Assembly: GCA_040954595.2 (NCBI GenBank)
Contig: CM082588.2
Coordinates: 1,867,027 to 1,931,026 of the forward strand
Length of the DNA: 64,000 nt
DNA from: Balanoglossus misakiensis
Taxonomy: Eukaryota > Animalia > Hemichordata
Reading direction: 5' to 3'
Position numbers and translations under genes: made by a program. This document shows positions 25,993 to 38,652 of the stretch, piece after piece. Every line of letters begins with the position of its first letter. Positions within the stretch are counted from its first letter, which is position 1. Below the pieces are notes generated by a model. It did no database searches and was not told the origin of the DNA. It saw only the letters and a list, made by a program, of their open reading frames with translations.

Positions 25993-27924
25993 TTTTTCAG
26001 AGACAGTGATGACCAACCTTAAACCGTGTCTTTCTGTGACGTATCTGGATTAACTGAGCCTTTCTAGCAATCTTGTATATGGAATCTATCGGTCAAAGGT
26101 CATGGCATTGATAAAATAATTACATTGAGATAGATGAAACAGAACAAATAGATATCAGATAATATCTTGAGAGTTCGTTTCTTTGAATAAAGACGGTATT
26201 TGGTATCGTGTTTTGATGTATTTGGCCAATAGAGTGATATTCACTCACACATTAAACAGTATGAACACCGTTGTTCCATCTGACTGAATGCTCCCCGCTA
26301 TTTTTACCAGAGAACTTTTATGAGAATGAATACTAAAATGTAACTGTAAACAGTGGATTTAAAATGAGAAACCATTTCAGTGAAAGAGCAATAAATGAAG
26401 CAAACAATGTTAGAATTCTAGACGAAAATACATTTACGGAAATAGTTTCGGACTTGTTCCGCGTCTGCCCTTGCCTACTTGCGCTGTGCTAATGAAAAAC
26501 AGCAGGTATGCTGCAGCCAGTTTACGCAGATTCTTGGGGCTTCAAGCCAAAATGGCCACCACATAACGGTGTCCTTTTGGTGACAATTTCAGGAAGAGGG
26601 TATTTGAGGATTCAGCAAACGAGCATAGATCCCTTTTCCCCTCATAGTGTCATGATCATCAGGGCATTTGCTGTGTTCGCAGGTGTCTTTAACGTTCGAA
26701 ATTTCCTTCTTTACATGTCGCGCGATGTTCGTCGGAGCGCCTCGTTCGCGACTTTCATGACTTGATCATCCTATCTGAGAAGTAAGTTACGCATCTCACA
26801 TTGGAACATTACACATTCAGCAGGATGGTGTCTTGAACGAGGATAGTACCAGAAATGGAACGTCTCCATGGACACGCGAAGAACTTCTCGTGTAAATATT
26901 GATGCAACGGTTTTGTCGATGTTTGATCTTCCTGCCTCTCAATGGACAGAATCACAGTGTTTATAACTGTCGTTCATTTCGTCATGCTTCACTCTGTTGA
27001 AAATTGGAACTTTTTCACCGTCGTTTTAGCGTCAGTCATGCACTCAATGTGGAGCGTTTGGCAAGATTACCAGGAATATATTTCGATGTCAACTCTCATT
27101 GAAAACATAGGCCTACACTTCCCGGCGCAGAACAACCAAGGCGATGATGTGAACATTCACAGATATCAACAAGTTCAATACCTGTAATGCAAATATTCAG
27201 GCCGATAACCGGACATATATATGTTTGAAAGAGAGTGCCTCGTCTTATGCCAATATGGCGGCACACTTCCCACAAACATTTCCATGGTGACTAAATTTGC
27301 ATAGGTGATGACTGCAATGACCGAAGAGTGTTTATTGGCCCTGCCGGAGCCTAATGAAAGTAATGTTGTAGATAGGACATTCAGGGATTATTATAACAGC
27401 GTCTGACCCAAAACAAGACCCACAAGAAACAACCATGTTGACACGACTTCAACTGTGGACTGGAACGCCGAGTAAGCCTAAGCCCCAACACTTGCTGAGA
27501 ACGAACACGCAGCACCGAAGGCTGACACAGAGAAAACAAGGATCACTTGTTTGGAAAAAAGCAGACCCAACAATCAACAAACACGTAGAGAAGTTTGTAT
27601 CAAGTTTTCAGCCAAAACTTGCTTGAAGTTGTTTTGAGTATTAAAACTGACTAATGTGACCGATTGAATGATGTTTCCCCAGTGGCTCTATGTTAAACAC
27701 CAGAAAAGGTTGTAAAACAAAAAAATGCCAAAATACATTATATTCAAAATATCTAGGTTCTATAATACGAATGCCGTAATAAAATTCCCAATTGGGGTTG
27801 CGGCGTGTATGGACATGTTAGTACACCCCTGGAAGCGAGCAAGTGAAAACCCGTTGTGGTTTCTATTACGGTATATGGTTTGGATTGCAAAAGTGTGGTC
27901 TGCGCGTTTAACTTTCAGGTCAAA

Positions 27925-30901
27925 ATGCTGCATTTCGATGATGTTTTAAAGTATGTACTAGGGGAGTTTGGGACATACCAGAAGCGTTGTATATCATTAG
28001 TGTCTCTGACTGCCGTTGCAGCTGGCGCGAGTGCGTACACGTTGGTTTTCATTTTGGCGCATACGGCTTCTTGGTGCCAGCTGCCGGAGCCGAGTCAAGC
28101 CTGGTGCGAAGGGATGCCTCGGGATGAGTGTGCGGAGATGGCGAAGAATCTAAGCATACCGAAGCAGATGGTCTTTGATGGTTGTGACATGGTTGAGGCG
28201 TACAGTCAATGTCACCGTTACGATGTGACGTTGGAGAACGTATCTTCTTTGAGTGTGATTGGCGACAATGCGACTCGGATTAAATGCGACCATGGTTACG
28301 AGTATGACACGTCGCAATACACATCAACCATTCCACAGAAGGTAGGATTATCATTAATTCCATATGGTACACAAACTTTGCAAATGACACATGGTGGGAT
28401 GAGACTTCAACGCCTTGGTCGTTTTACATTATTGGCAGTAATACTACCTTGCATTTTTCCAGCATAAGATTTTGTAAACTATTGGCTTGTCTCGTAAAGC
28501 CAGGACTTTCAGACCACACCCGTTCTTTTACAGTTCGACTTGGTTTGTGAAGACAGTTATCTCGTATCCCTTTCTCTATCAATAGCCATGGTTGGGCTAT
28601 TCTGTGGCGGTATCATATTTGGACACATCACGGACAGGTATGAAAGAGGCTTTCTCCATGATCATTCAACAGTGTTTCACTGAACATTCGTTAACTGAAA
28701 CTCCCACACATATCTCAATGTCTGTACATGTGATTCTTCTACATTGTAGGTTTGGTCGCAGAACGGGCATCGTCCTTTCTGGTGTTGCCATGTCAGTTTT
28801 TGGAACCGTCTGCGCATTCTCCGTGAACTTCTTAATGTTTTGTGTTTTTCGATTTCTGTGGAGCGCAGGATCCTTCGGTGTTTGGATTGGCGGATTTGTT
28901 TATAGTAAGTGTTCAATTAAAATAATAATTTAATGGTTTGGGACTACCATTTATCTGAAAATCTGTCCCCGATGCCTCAATCTCATCTACCCCTTTTTAT
29001 TTTATTTCCCAGATACGGAAATTGTTGGCCCATCAAAACGAGTGTTCGTCGCGATGATCAACTCGGCCTTATTCGGTGTAGGGTACCTATTGATTGCATT
29101 GGTTGCATACTTCGTTCGTGAGTGGTGGCATCTGAATTTGATAGCATCGGTTCCCTGCGCTCTGTTCGTCATATATCTATGGTGAGAATACTAAACCCTT
29201 TTAGCCGTCGGCCCAACTCTGTGCATTTATTGTATATTTGTAGATATTTTGAAGTGTACTTTTGACTACATTCTACAGGCTTGTCCCAGAATCACCAAGA
29301 TGGCTTCTTGCAGTTGGAAAAACAGAAGAAGCAGAGAGAGTCATCAGACTTTTTGGACGTGAAAACAATGTCAGTGTTCCAGAGAACTTGAACGACGAAT
29401 CGTGGAATCCGAACAGAAAGGTAAATCGCCTTGTGTATAAAACCTTGTCATGACACACTGTCTCAATGCGCTTAGCAGAAGAAGAGTCTGCCTGTCTGTA
29501 TACATAACCACTTAGTTATGTGCATCTTTATATATCTCTGGTACATCTCTTCTTTGTAGGACTCTCGCAAAGACGACGACGACGATGACAAACAGTACGG
29601 CTTCCTTGATTTGATAAAATCTGCAACCATGGCAAGAAGGACTCTCCTGTTATGTTTCAATTGGTGGGTTAACGCATACTCATTGTTTTTACAAATATCG
29701 ATACTGGGTGCCTGGTGAGAGAATTAGACTACAGCTGCAGTTCCAGGAATAACGATGCACACCTGTCGTGTTTACTGGGTTGAAAGGTAGCCACATCTGA
29801 ACACCACAAGGGGAATCAAACACATCCTTTCTTCTTTCCACAGGTTGGTAAACACGTCAGTGTATACTGGTATAAGCTTCAATACATCCAACCTTGGTGG
29901 AAATGATTACATTAATGCTGCTATATCTGCCGCCGTCGAGATCCCTGGCGCTTTCCTGACTGTTTTCGTCGTCGAACAGAAAATCCTAGGACGACGTCTG
30001 TCCATTTTCTTCTCCATGATGATTGGTGCCGCTGCGTGCTTTGCCTCACCCTTTATACCGACATGTGAGACTAACTCATTAACAAGCTAAATGTCATAAT
30101 AAAATCAACTACCTTGTTTTTCTTTAAACATTTCAATCATATCATCTTTTTGTTTCAGGATAAGGGCGGTGAAGGTCGTTTTCTTTGGGTTATGATCTAT
30201 ATTGATGAGTTGACGAGTGTATACTATTAAGCACTGAACTATTCTGATAGTTGAAAGGATTATTTATTTCGTTCATTTTTATCAGGTGGAGACCTTGTCT
30301 GGATTAATATTGCAGTGGTCATGTTCGGGAAAATGTGCCTTGTCCTGTCATTCAATACGGTGTATGTTTATTCAGCAGAATTATTCCCTACTCCATTCAG
30401 GTGAGAATTATTGGACGCATTCTTTTATCAACCACTAAAACTGCCACCTCACGACCACCCCACCCCACACCTCACTATCTACTATATAAAACCCCACACC
30501 CTATCACCCACAGGTCCACTGCCGTCGGCGTGTGTGCAACTGTAGGCTTCATAGGAAGTATCGTGGCGCCACAGATGTTGCTACTGCAGGAAATATGGCC
30601 GCCCCTCACTCTGGTCATTTTTGGTTCTTTGTCCGCCATGGCGGCGATTCTGATTCTGCCCTTGCCGGAGACGCGCGGAGAAAATCTTCCAGAGACTCTG
30701 ACAGAATGCCAATTCATAAAAAGGTTTGGTGTTCTGCCATTTTTTGCATTATTTTCATGTTTTTCTTTTAAACTTACTTGTCTATTTACTCGGACATACA
30801 GATTAATGATTTTCTCTTTTTACAGAAAGGGCAGTGACATGGGGACGCAAACTGAAGAAATTGAAATCGTTTCTACAAACTCTTTGCAGGAGTGTGCGTG
30901 A
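27925..30901 (+). CDS. SLC22-family organic cation/anion transporter, paralogue B, 10 exons
   Basis: Motifs: [84 protein letters not shown]. Exons 27925-28341, 28534-28637, 28750-28904, 29013-29181, 29279-29420, 29560-29663, 29844-30064, 30286-30400, 30514-30723, 30826-30901. Confidence 0.93.
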
Positions 30902-31626
30902 ACCTATTTACGACAAACCAGAACTTCCTGGAAGTACCTTGCTGACGTACAATTCACAATTCCTGATCAATAAAAAGGCTTATTTAACCTTAATATGTTT
31001 CGAGAAAAATTACAGAAAATTTTACTTACAGAAATGGGGGCTGCAGTCCAGTAGAAAAGACACCTCCAATTTTCGTCGTCACTTTCCACCTCCGATTGTC
31101 TGTGTATACATTATCCGAATGAGGCCACCAGAATCTTGAAATATCCAGTCCATATCGTCACAGTCATGACCTCCACTTTCATTTGCTTGTCGGAAATTGC
31201 TTTGGGTAGTGAATACGTCGTTGCCGTCACTACTTTCAGCCACGATGTTTGCACGTCAAAGACTGAGTCTCGAATGATGGAAACGTGGTACCTCACTGAC
31301 CATCTGACAAATGAACTGGCTGACAACTATCCAATCGAAATGGATCATTCACCAGGTGCATTTTGTGAAGCTTGTGATTGGTTGATGTGATTGAGAAGTT
31401 GTTTAGCATACGAAGATCACAGATGTTGTCATACCACTATCTTGTTTTAGGGAGGACTATGTTTGGCCGTTCTGTGTGCTGACATCATTTGCAAAGCGAT
31501 GTTCTCCATGACAGTTACGCCAAACATGACACAAAATTAACGTTCACCATCAATACACCAACAAAGACCTAATTTTACAATACTAGCAGTAATCGGTTTT
31601 AATCCGTACTTAGCAGAAAAGGACAG

Positions 31627-31627
<1 letters not shown>

Positions 31628-31668
<41 letters not shown>
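31628..31668. repeat. (CT)n microsatellite
   Basis: About 20 CT units between the 3' ends of SLC22-B and the XPNPEP2-like gene. Confidence 0.9.
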
Positions 31669-31671
<3 letters not shown>

Positions 31672-32002
31672 CACAAGGCTTATCAATGCTTATTCAGACA
31701 TAAAGCTATATCAAAATTGCTGAAGTGAAATAATCAAGAACTTCTTTGTATCAAAATACTGTTTTACAGTAGGAAGTGTTCTTGCCAGTCACAATGAAAA
31801 TAAAAGTGTGAAAAGACCACTATATACTATGACCGCGTATACTAGTATTCGCTAAGCTTAAACTACAAAATCTGACTACCAGTAAATTTCAGGGAATGTT
31901 TTTTTTTTATATTTACACCTATTATGAATCTGGCAGCATGTGTAGGATCATCATCATCATCATCGTCGTCATCCGTCATCGCCGTCGTCATCACCAGCAC
32001 CA

Positions 32003-35000
32003 TCATTTCAAAATGGCGGCACACAGTGAAAGCGCTACCACCAGGAGTGTGTTGGCAAGGATTCCAGACGCACCGCAGACTCCTTTCGTGTAAATTTGCT
32101 TGGTGTTCTCTATCATCCAATCATAGGCCGGTTTATTTTTGGTAAACAGTCTGTCGCCAACCACTTTTCTGATGTCCTGGTTGTATCTGTTCATCCAATC
32201 AATCTGAGAGAAAGACACGAATATGCTTCAATGCAGGAAATCATCTTAAGATTGATAACGAGGTTCTTGGTAAAAATCTAATAATTACCTGGTCTGGTGT
32301 TAACATTTCGAAGTTAATCAGGTTGTATTGGAAAGGTACAAACGCCACTTCTTTAAACGTCATCCACGTTTGATTTGCATAATTTTCCTGCAAATGAAAA
32401 ACCATGTATGATTTATTTCAACAATTGAGTGACAGAATTCTCAGCTGCATAAAACTCACATTTCTAATCACAAGCATAAAGGATTAAACTGTAGCCCTTA
32501 CATATGTTCGTCTCTGTTTCACCGTCACAGCAGTTCCCAGACGAACGCCAAAATTGTTTTCCTCATAGTAACCAGGTTCTGAAAAACAAAAAATAAATTG
32601 TTCAACGTTCAGAGCAGAAAACGCCAAGACTGACAATAGGCTTTGTGCAAACTTATGTAAGGAAGCGGAAGTGGACCTACCATTCGAAAGAAACATTCCT
32701 TCGTGCAAGGGTTCTTCCCATGCTGCTTGGGTCTTTCCGAAACGTTCAGGTCCTGGGGGAAATATTTGAAGTAGAAAAAATGAAATGTGTCATTTCAATC
32801 AGTCAATGTTCCTTTGATTATGAGACATCTACATTTCTACGTTCTTCTGTGTTTGTTTGCAGCACTACAACAGGCTTACCTTCACTGACAGAGAGACCGG
32901 CCCCTATACCATGGCCGTTACCATGACCATAGTCCCAGCCATGTTCCCAGAGGTATCTCCTAGCATGGGCGTCTAAGGCGCTACCTGCAGGGGAATATTT
33001 TATGAGTTAGAATCCAGTGTTCTTGTGAGAATAGAGAGAATAGGTTGAACTCAACGACGTTCTCGTAACACTCACCGTACGTTCTTTCTGGGAAAACCGT
33101 CAACGATAAATCTATCGCTCCTTTCAAAACACGGGTATATGCTTCCTATAATTAAAATAGAAAAACATGATAATGAACACGCGACTTTCCTATATAGATA
33201 GGTGTTTCGAGTTTGATTTACACCCACAGCACATACGTAGCGTATTCTTTACAAAATCATAAATCCGTGTGTATGGTTCCTTTTGCAGGTAGGTTAGGTG
33301 TGTATAACATTACCTTATGATACCATTCTGGTGTTCCAAAGTGAAATGTTCTCGCTGTGTCCGTTGTTGCTCCACACCTTAGCCAGACAAAACAAGGAAT
33401 CTGTGTTAAAAGCATGTTACAAGTATTCGACATTACCGTGGTCATAGCCACCTGTCCGAGGGATGGTACTCTGCCTGAGCATAGAGAGTCATCATCAATT
33501 TTACGATAACTGCAGAGATCAAAAAGTGCAATGTACTATGAAACTTACTTGTAATGGCCGCCCGAGTCTAAGATGTACATGTCTGTGTTCGTGATTGGAA
33601 GGTTGGTGTCATCAACAGCGCTGTAAAATGAATGAAACATTTTCATATAATATATTTCTAGTCATTTGAGTGTTACTATGTTCGTAGCATCCCAAGGTAA
33701 AGATCTAGAGATCTGGTAAGATTTTGTCATCAGGTATTTGTGTAATATTCCACACTTACTCGTAGTGTATGACAGCTCCGTTTAATCCAAATGCCGATAT
33801 AGGTGAAAAGCTCTCCGTGATGAAGTCCGGTTGTTGCCTGGATAAGTAAAGAACATTGTTAAATTATAAATCATTTCTGCTTTGGCAAAATTCAGTGGGT
33901 GCATACAGGGCACAATCTCTAATTCAAATCATTACAAGAAGATGATGGTATGAGACACACATTCCTTTGAATATGAAATACATACATCCTAAATTCGTAT
34001 GCTTTTTCTTCACATATCATTTCACTGAGTAAATTGATGTCACCCTTCGCCCTTGGAACCTGGGCAAGAAAAAAGAAAACAAAACATGTACATTTTATCG
34101 CGTATTATACATGACGTCAGCAGATATTTCTAATCAAATGCAGACAAAATGCCTTTCGTTCATGTCAAAGAGAATTTATAAAAACTGATATGTGGCACTG
34201 GGATTACCTGGTCTTCCAACCAATGGGAAAACTCGACTAGGGCAACGGAGTCTTGGATCTGCAAACAAGGAACACAATTATTCGATTAACATGGTGAATT
34301 TGATCTTTGTCCTGTCTGAGTAAATACTTCTTAATACCAACGAATTACAACAAGACTTCATAAAATATTTTGTGACTTACATTGCCTTCTTTCATTGCAC
34401 TTATCTCCGAAGGGTTCTTGATGGATTTCATCAAGCTGAGTGGCGACTGTTTCATCATGCGCTTTTTCTGAAAAGAGGAAATTAATAAATTACATGAGTG
34501 AGTGAGGAGTGACCATCCAGACGTCGCCTTCGATATCGAGTTTTGGTTTTCAAGAAAGTGACTACTGACTTCACTGTTTGTTTTCACACTAACCTCTGGT
34601 ATGGTCGAATAGATAGCATAGCTGGCGTCCTCGCTGAACCAAATCCGTTGTATTGACGTCATGCTTGCGTATTTACCAAGCTCATTGTGAAACTGTTCGT
34701 AGTCGAAGTGTTTGACGCAGTACTGGGTTTGATACGTGACGTCACAATTCAGCTCGTTGTCGTCTCTGTCCAGATTCAGATGGTCGCGTATCTCTCGTTC
34801 CTGTACCTTCTCGCTTTGTATGAACACACTGTCGATAAAGAGAAAATCGATTCCATTCACATTTTTGGAAACCTAACATTGCCCCTTTTCTCGAGAGAAG
34901 TAGCCAAAAGTTACCACTTTTGGTTCTTGGTCGCATAAACTGCTTCACATCACAGGTGGAACCCCGCAACGTACTATATACTTATCAATTCTCACGACTT

Positions 35001-37513
35001 CAAATAGGTTTTACTACCTAGGTGAATGTAAAAAATCTCAAGAAAATGGCGGATAAAAGTTCAATACGTACATGGACTCCACAAATGTTATGATGGTATA
35101 TGTCGAGTATAGTGGGTTGTATGGGATATCAATACCACGCAAGTTGTACAGCCCTGAAAAAAGAACAGACAGAATAAGGTGTACAAGTCTCCAAGATTGA
35201 AAATCACGTTGAATTCACGAAATGTTACACAGAGATTTACAATGTATTGAGAACGCACACTTACATGCACTTTCGTCCAGAGAGTGTACAACAAGCATGT
35301 CAGCCAGGTATTTTCTCATTTCTTTACGAATTTCCACGATCTTGTTGGGCCAAGTCATACCTGTGGATAGAAATGCGTGTGAAAATTGATGAACCATTTC
35401 GACGAATAACTGTGAGTTGACCGGCCAATTTAGTGATTACATTGAGATGATCGCCATGAAGCACCAAGACGTCAAAGTCGACCAAAAAAGCAAAAGCTCT
35501 AAGCTGCTGAAACAGCTTCCCTACTGTCTATTGTGTACGCAAGAAACTTTGCGTGCACGTCACCCACCTGCCCATGATTCCTCAAGGATGAACAGTCGTT
35601 CTTCATCCGGGCACACCGGCCTGGTGTTCCAAATTCTGTCCACGAGGTTGTCGTCATATTCATACATACGAAGGTCCTTGTAGGAATGGGAGAATGTCCG
35701 CGAGTAATATTCATATTGTTCTGTAGTAAAAACGACATCACAAATAAAAGTTACTTAAATAACTTCTGGGGAATCTACCATCTTGCGGATGGATGGACGT
35801 AGAATGTACGGATCGATCGATATCATGTATCATCTAGGATATACACTTACTGGAAGACAGTAGCTTGGGGTCAAAGGCCACGTCGGACTGCGTCGGCAAC
35901 ACCTTCTCTAGCCATTCCCAGGGCTCAGCAACTCCATAGTCACCTATGTTGAAGGAAATGGAACACTACCTGAGTAAATGGGAGATTCTTTGTCCATAAG
36001 GGGTTATTTCTGATAGTGAGGATGGTTTTCGTTCGTGACATCTCCATGCACCAACATGGCAAAGCCTTTTCCGCGTTTCTACGACCCAGGTGACTTGTCG
36101 CGTAATATGCAAATACACTGCACACATTATCTTTCGTGACCTTTGAACTGGGTTATACTCACTTGCCCTCATCAGCATCCAGTTGCAGTCCAATTGACGC
36201 TCTGCTTGGATGTAGTAACGAGAGTCAGTCCACAAAGCCGATGCATTATGCGTTACGATAGCTAGACCTGCAAGACAAAGTCAATACCAGTATGATCTCA
36301 TGCATTTAACAAGTGTCTGTGATTCTAAACTCAGAATATTAATTTTTGAATTACCTGACGAACCGTCGAAACCAGTCATCCAATGTCTTCGCTTATCGCA
36401 ATTAGCAACAAATGTACTCTGTAGGACGGACAAAAAGAGAAAGTTAATAAGTTTTTGCGTTACAAAGACACATACAGGCTAATGTAGTACAAAGCAAAAC
36501 AAAAATCCTGGCACCACGACTCAAATTCACAATGGAGAGCAAAACTTGTAGACTAACCTGATGAGCATCGCCTGAAGGTATGATGTAAGCTCTGACGAAG
36601 CGTCCACTCCCAGAAATTGCTCTCATCTCATCACGGAGTGCTTCTATTCTCTCCGTCGTCAAGGTAACAGTGGGTGGATAGTACTGATAGAAAGCACATA
36701 AAAGTCTTGTCAATTTCTCTCTCTCATCTCTCTCCCCCCTCTCTTTTCTCTCGCTCTTCCCTCTCGTTCTCTCTCGTTCAATCTCCCCTCTCCCTCTCTC
36801 CTTACCCTCTCCCTTTCTCTATCTAGACATATACCGATATCACTCTGTGCTTACCGGGTTGTTAAGGTTCGAGCAATCCCTGACGTCACTGCTTAGAATC
36901 GCAGCGCCACTGCTTCCAGCAGTTTTGAGATTGAGAAAACCATATCTGTTGTAAGTGTTCCCATCGATGAACTTCCCAAGTTCACGTGGAGTGTAACTTC
37001 TCACGACGTTGACTGCAGAAAGAGCAACAGAATTCAGATCGACGTTTTCCCTAGATAGCATGTGACAGCTCTCTGCCTGATGTCTAAGGTAATTTCTCGA
37101 AAAATGGCACCTGGCACAACCACATATACAATTGCAAAGGATGTTTCACAACGCGACGAACAATGCAAGGCGTGGGCGACAGGTGTGTATGTACCTACGC
37201 AGGTACTAGTATTACGGTGGCTCTATTTTTGTCATATGCTTCGGTTGTAATTCATGTTTCCTGAATCGTACAAGCTACCATTTCGTTCAATCACAAATTC
37301 ACATGATTTCTCGAATGACTGAATCAATATGCTGCCAATGTGTTTTGGCCGGGAATGATGGCCATAGGTATTATAACGGTAAATAATAAACCGGAATATT
37401 AACCCCGTGAGCAACGACATGGCAGCTGTAGGCTACTATTTATAGTATTGCTGGTATGACTTACTTGTGAACACGAATGTTAGTAACCAGAAGAAAAGTA
37501 GGCGCCCCATCAT
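32003..37513 (-). CDS. XPNPEP2: Membrane-bound Xaa-Pro aminopeptidase (M24B), XPNPEP2-like, multi-exon
   Basis: Signal-peptide exon 37465-37513 ([16 protein letters not shown]) splices in frame to 36855-37012 (..[11 protein letters not shown]). Then [61 protein letters not shown]-like, [10 protein letters not shown] and [14 protein letters not shown]. The last exon ends in a hydrophobic GPI-type tail ([26 protein letters not shown]). Not all internal exon borders were traced. Confidence 0.88.
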
Positions 37514-38652
37514 CCAGAAATGCTTTCCGTCGATCCAGTCAGCACAGGATCTTCCCCAGATCGGGACAGAGAACACACACAGGTCAAAGAAATGGCGCCC
37601 AGTTGATTTGGATCAAATCTTGTCAACTGAGAGCACTACGTCACTTCCATGTAACTGGCAGGAATGTGGTTAATATTTGATAGTTCTGAAGTGTGGGCAC
37701 TTGGTTTATCATTAACCAGGTGCAAACGCACAATACTAGACCAATACAGTGAGGTTATTCTCCGGTCACACTCAAACATGGCTGGGTGTGGAGAAGCAAA
37801 GAATCCATAGTTTCACAGTGTCCAAAATGTTCTGAACTTCGAGAATGTAAAAATAGATAGAGAACATACAGAACGCCATGTCTTATAAACTAATCTCATT
37901 TATTGCCCTTCAAGCCATTCTGTGAAGACACCCTTAACCAATTATACCCCAAAACACTCCAGGTAAATTAATGCATTGAATGCTACAAAGAAAATAACAC
38001 TTCTTAAAATAAATAAAACTTCAAACATTCCTGAAAGTATCATAGAACGACCTGATCTCGATTTCAAGACAAATGTGTCTAATTACTCATGATTTGTGTT
38101 GTATTGCATAGCCGGGTACAAAATTACCGCTCAACAGAATCAATTTCTTGCACTGGCCAATAATCATTATTCCATTATTTAATTTTGTGATGCTGTAGTA
38201 CTATCCTTAAAACAATTAAGTAGTACATGTATAAATATTCAAGCAGTCAATAGGAATATCTGCAATTTGTACTCTATACAAGTGAGAAAACAAAGTACAT
38301 GTATCACAAATCATCATAGAGGTAGTTTGACATGTCCAGTGAAAACACAAAAAAAAAACATCTATTAAAGAACTATTGGTTAAGATGAATAAAACACAGG
38401 AAAGCGATGAAAATAAAATCTACTTCACCCTCTGACAACTAAAAGCAAGTACCTCATACCAAAGTGCCAGTCCAGGTACCTTCCAAGTATTCTGTTCAAA
38501 CCGGTATACACAGTCCAACCCACAACATGCCATAAACATGCGTTTTCCAAGTAAGAAAACGACATGGCCAGTCACCCAAGCTCCCATCTACTGGGACATA
38601 GCATGTGTCGCAAACATCATAAACGGGAAACAAGTCCATCATGAGAGTCTCT

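Noticed and set aside
37013-37420. Alternative non-secreted XPNPEP2 start ([10 protein letters not shown] spliced to 37110, or ATG at 37061)
   Set aside because: Weak donor (GTTTAT); the signal-peptide exon plus the 37012 acceptor explains the gene more simply.
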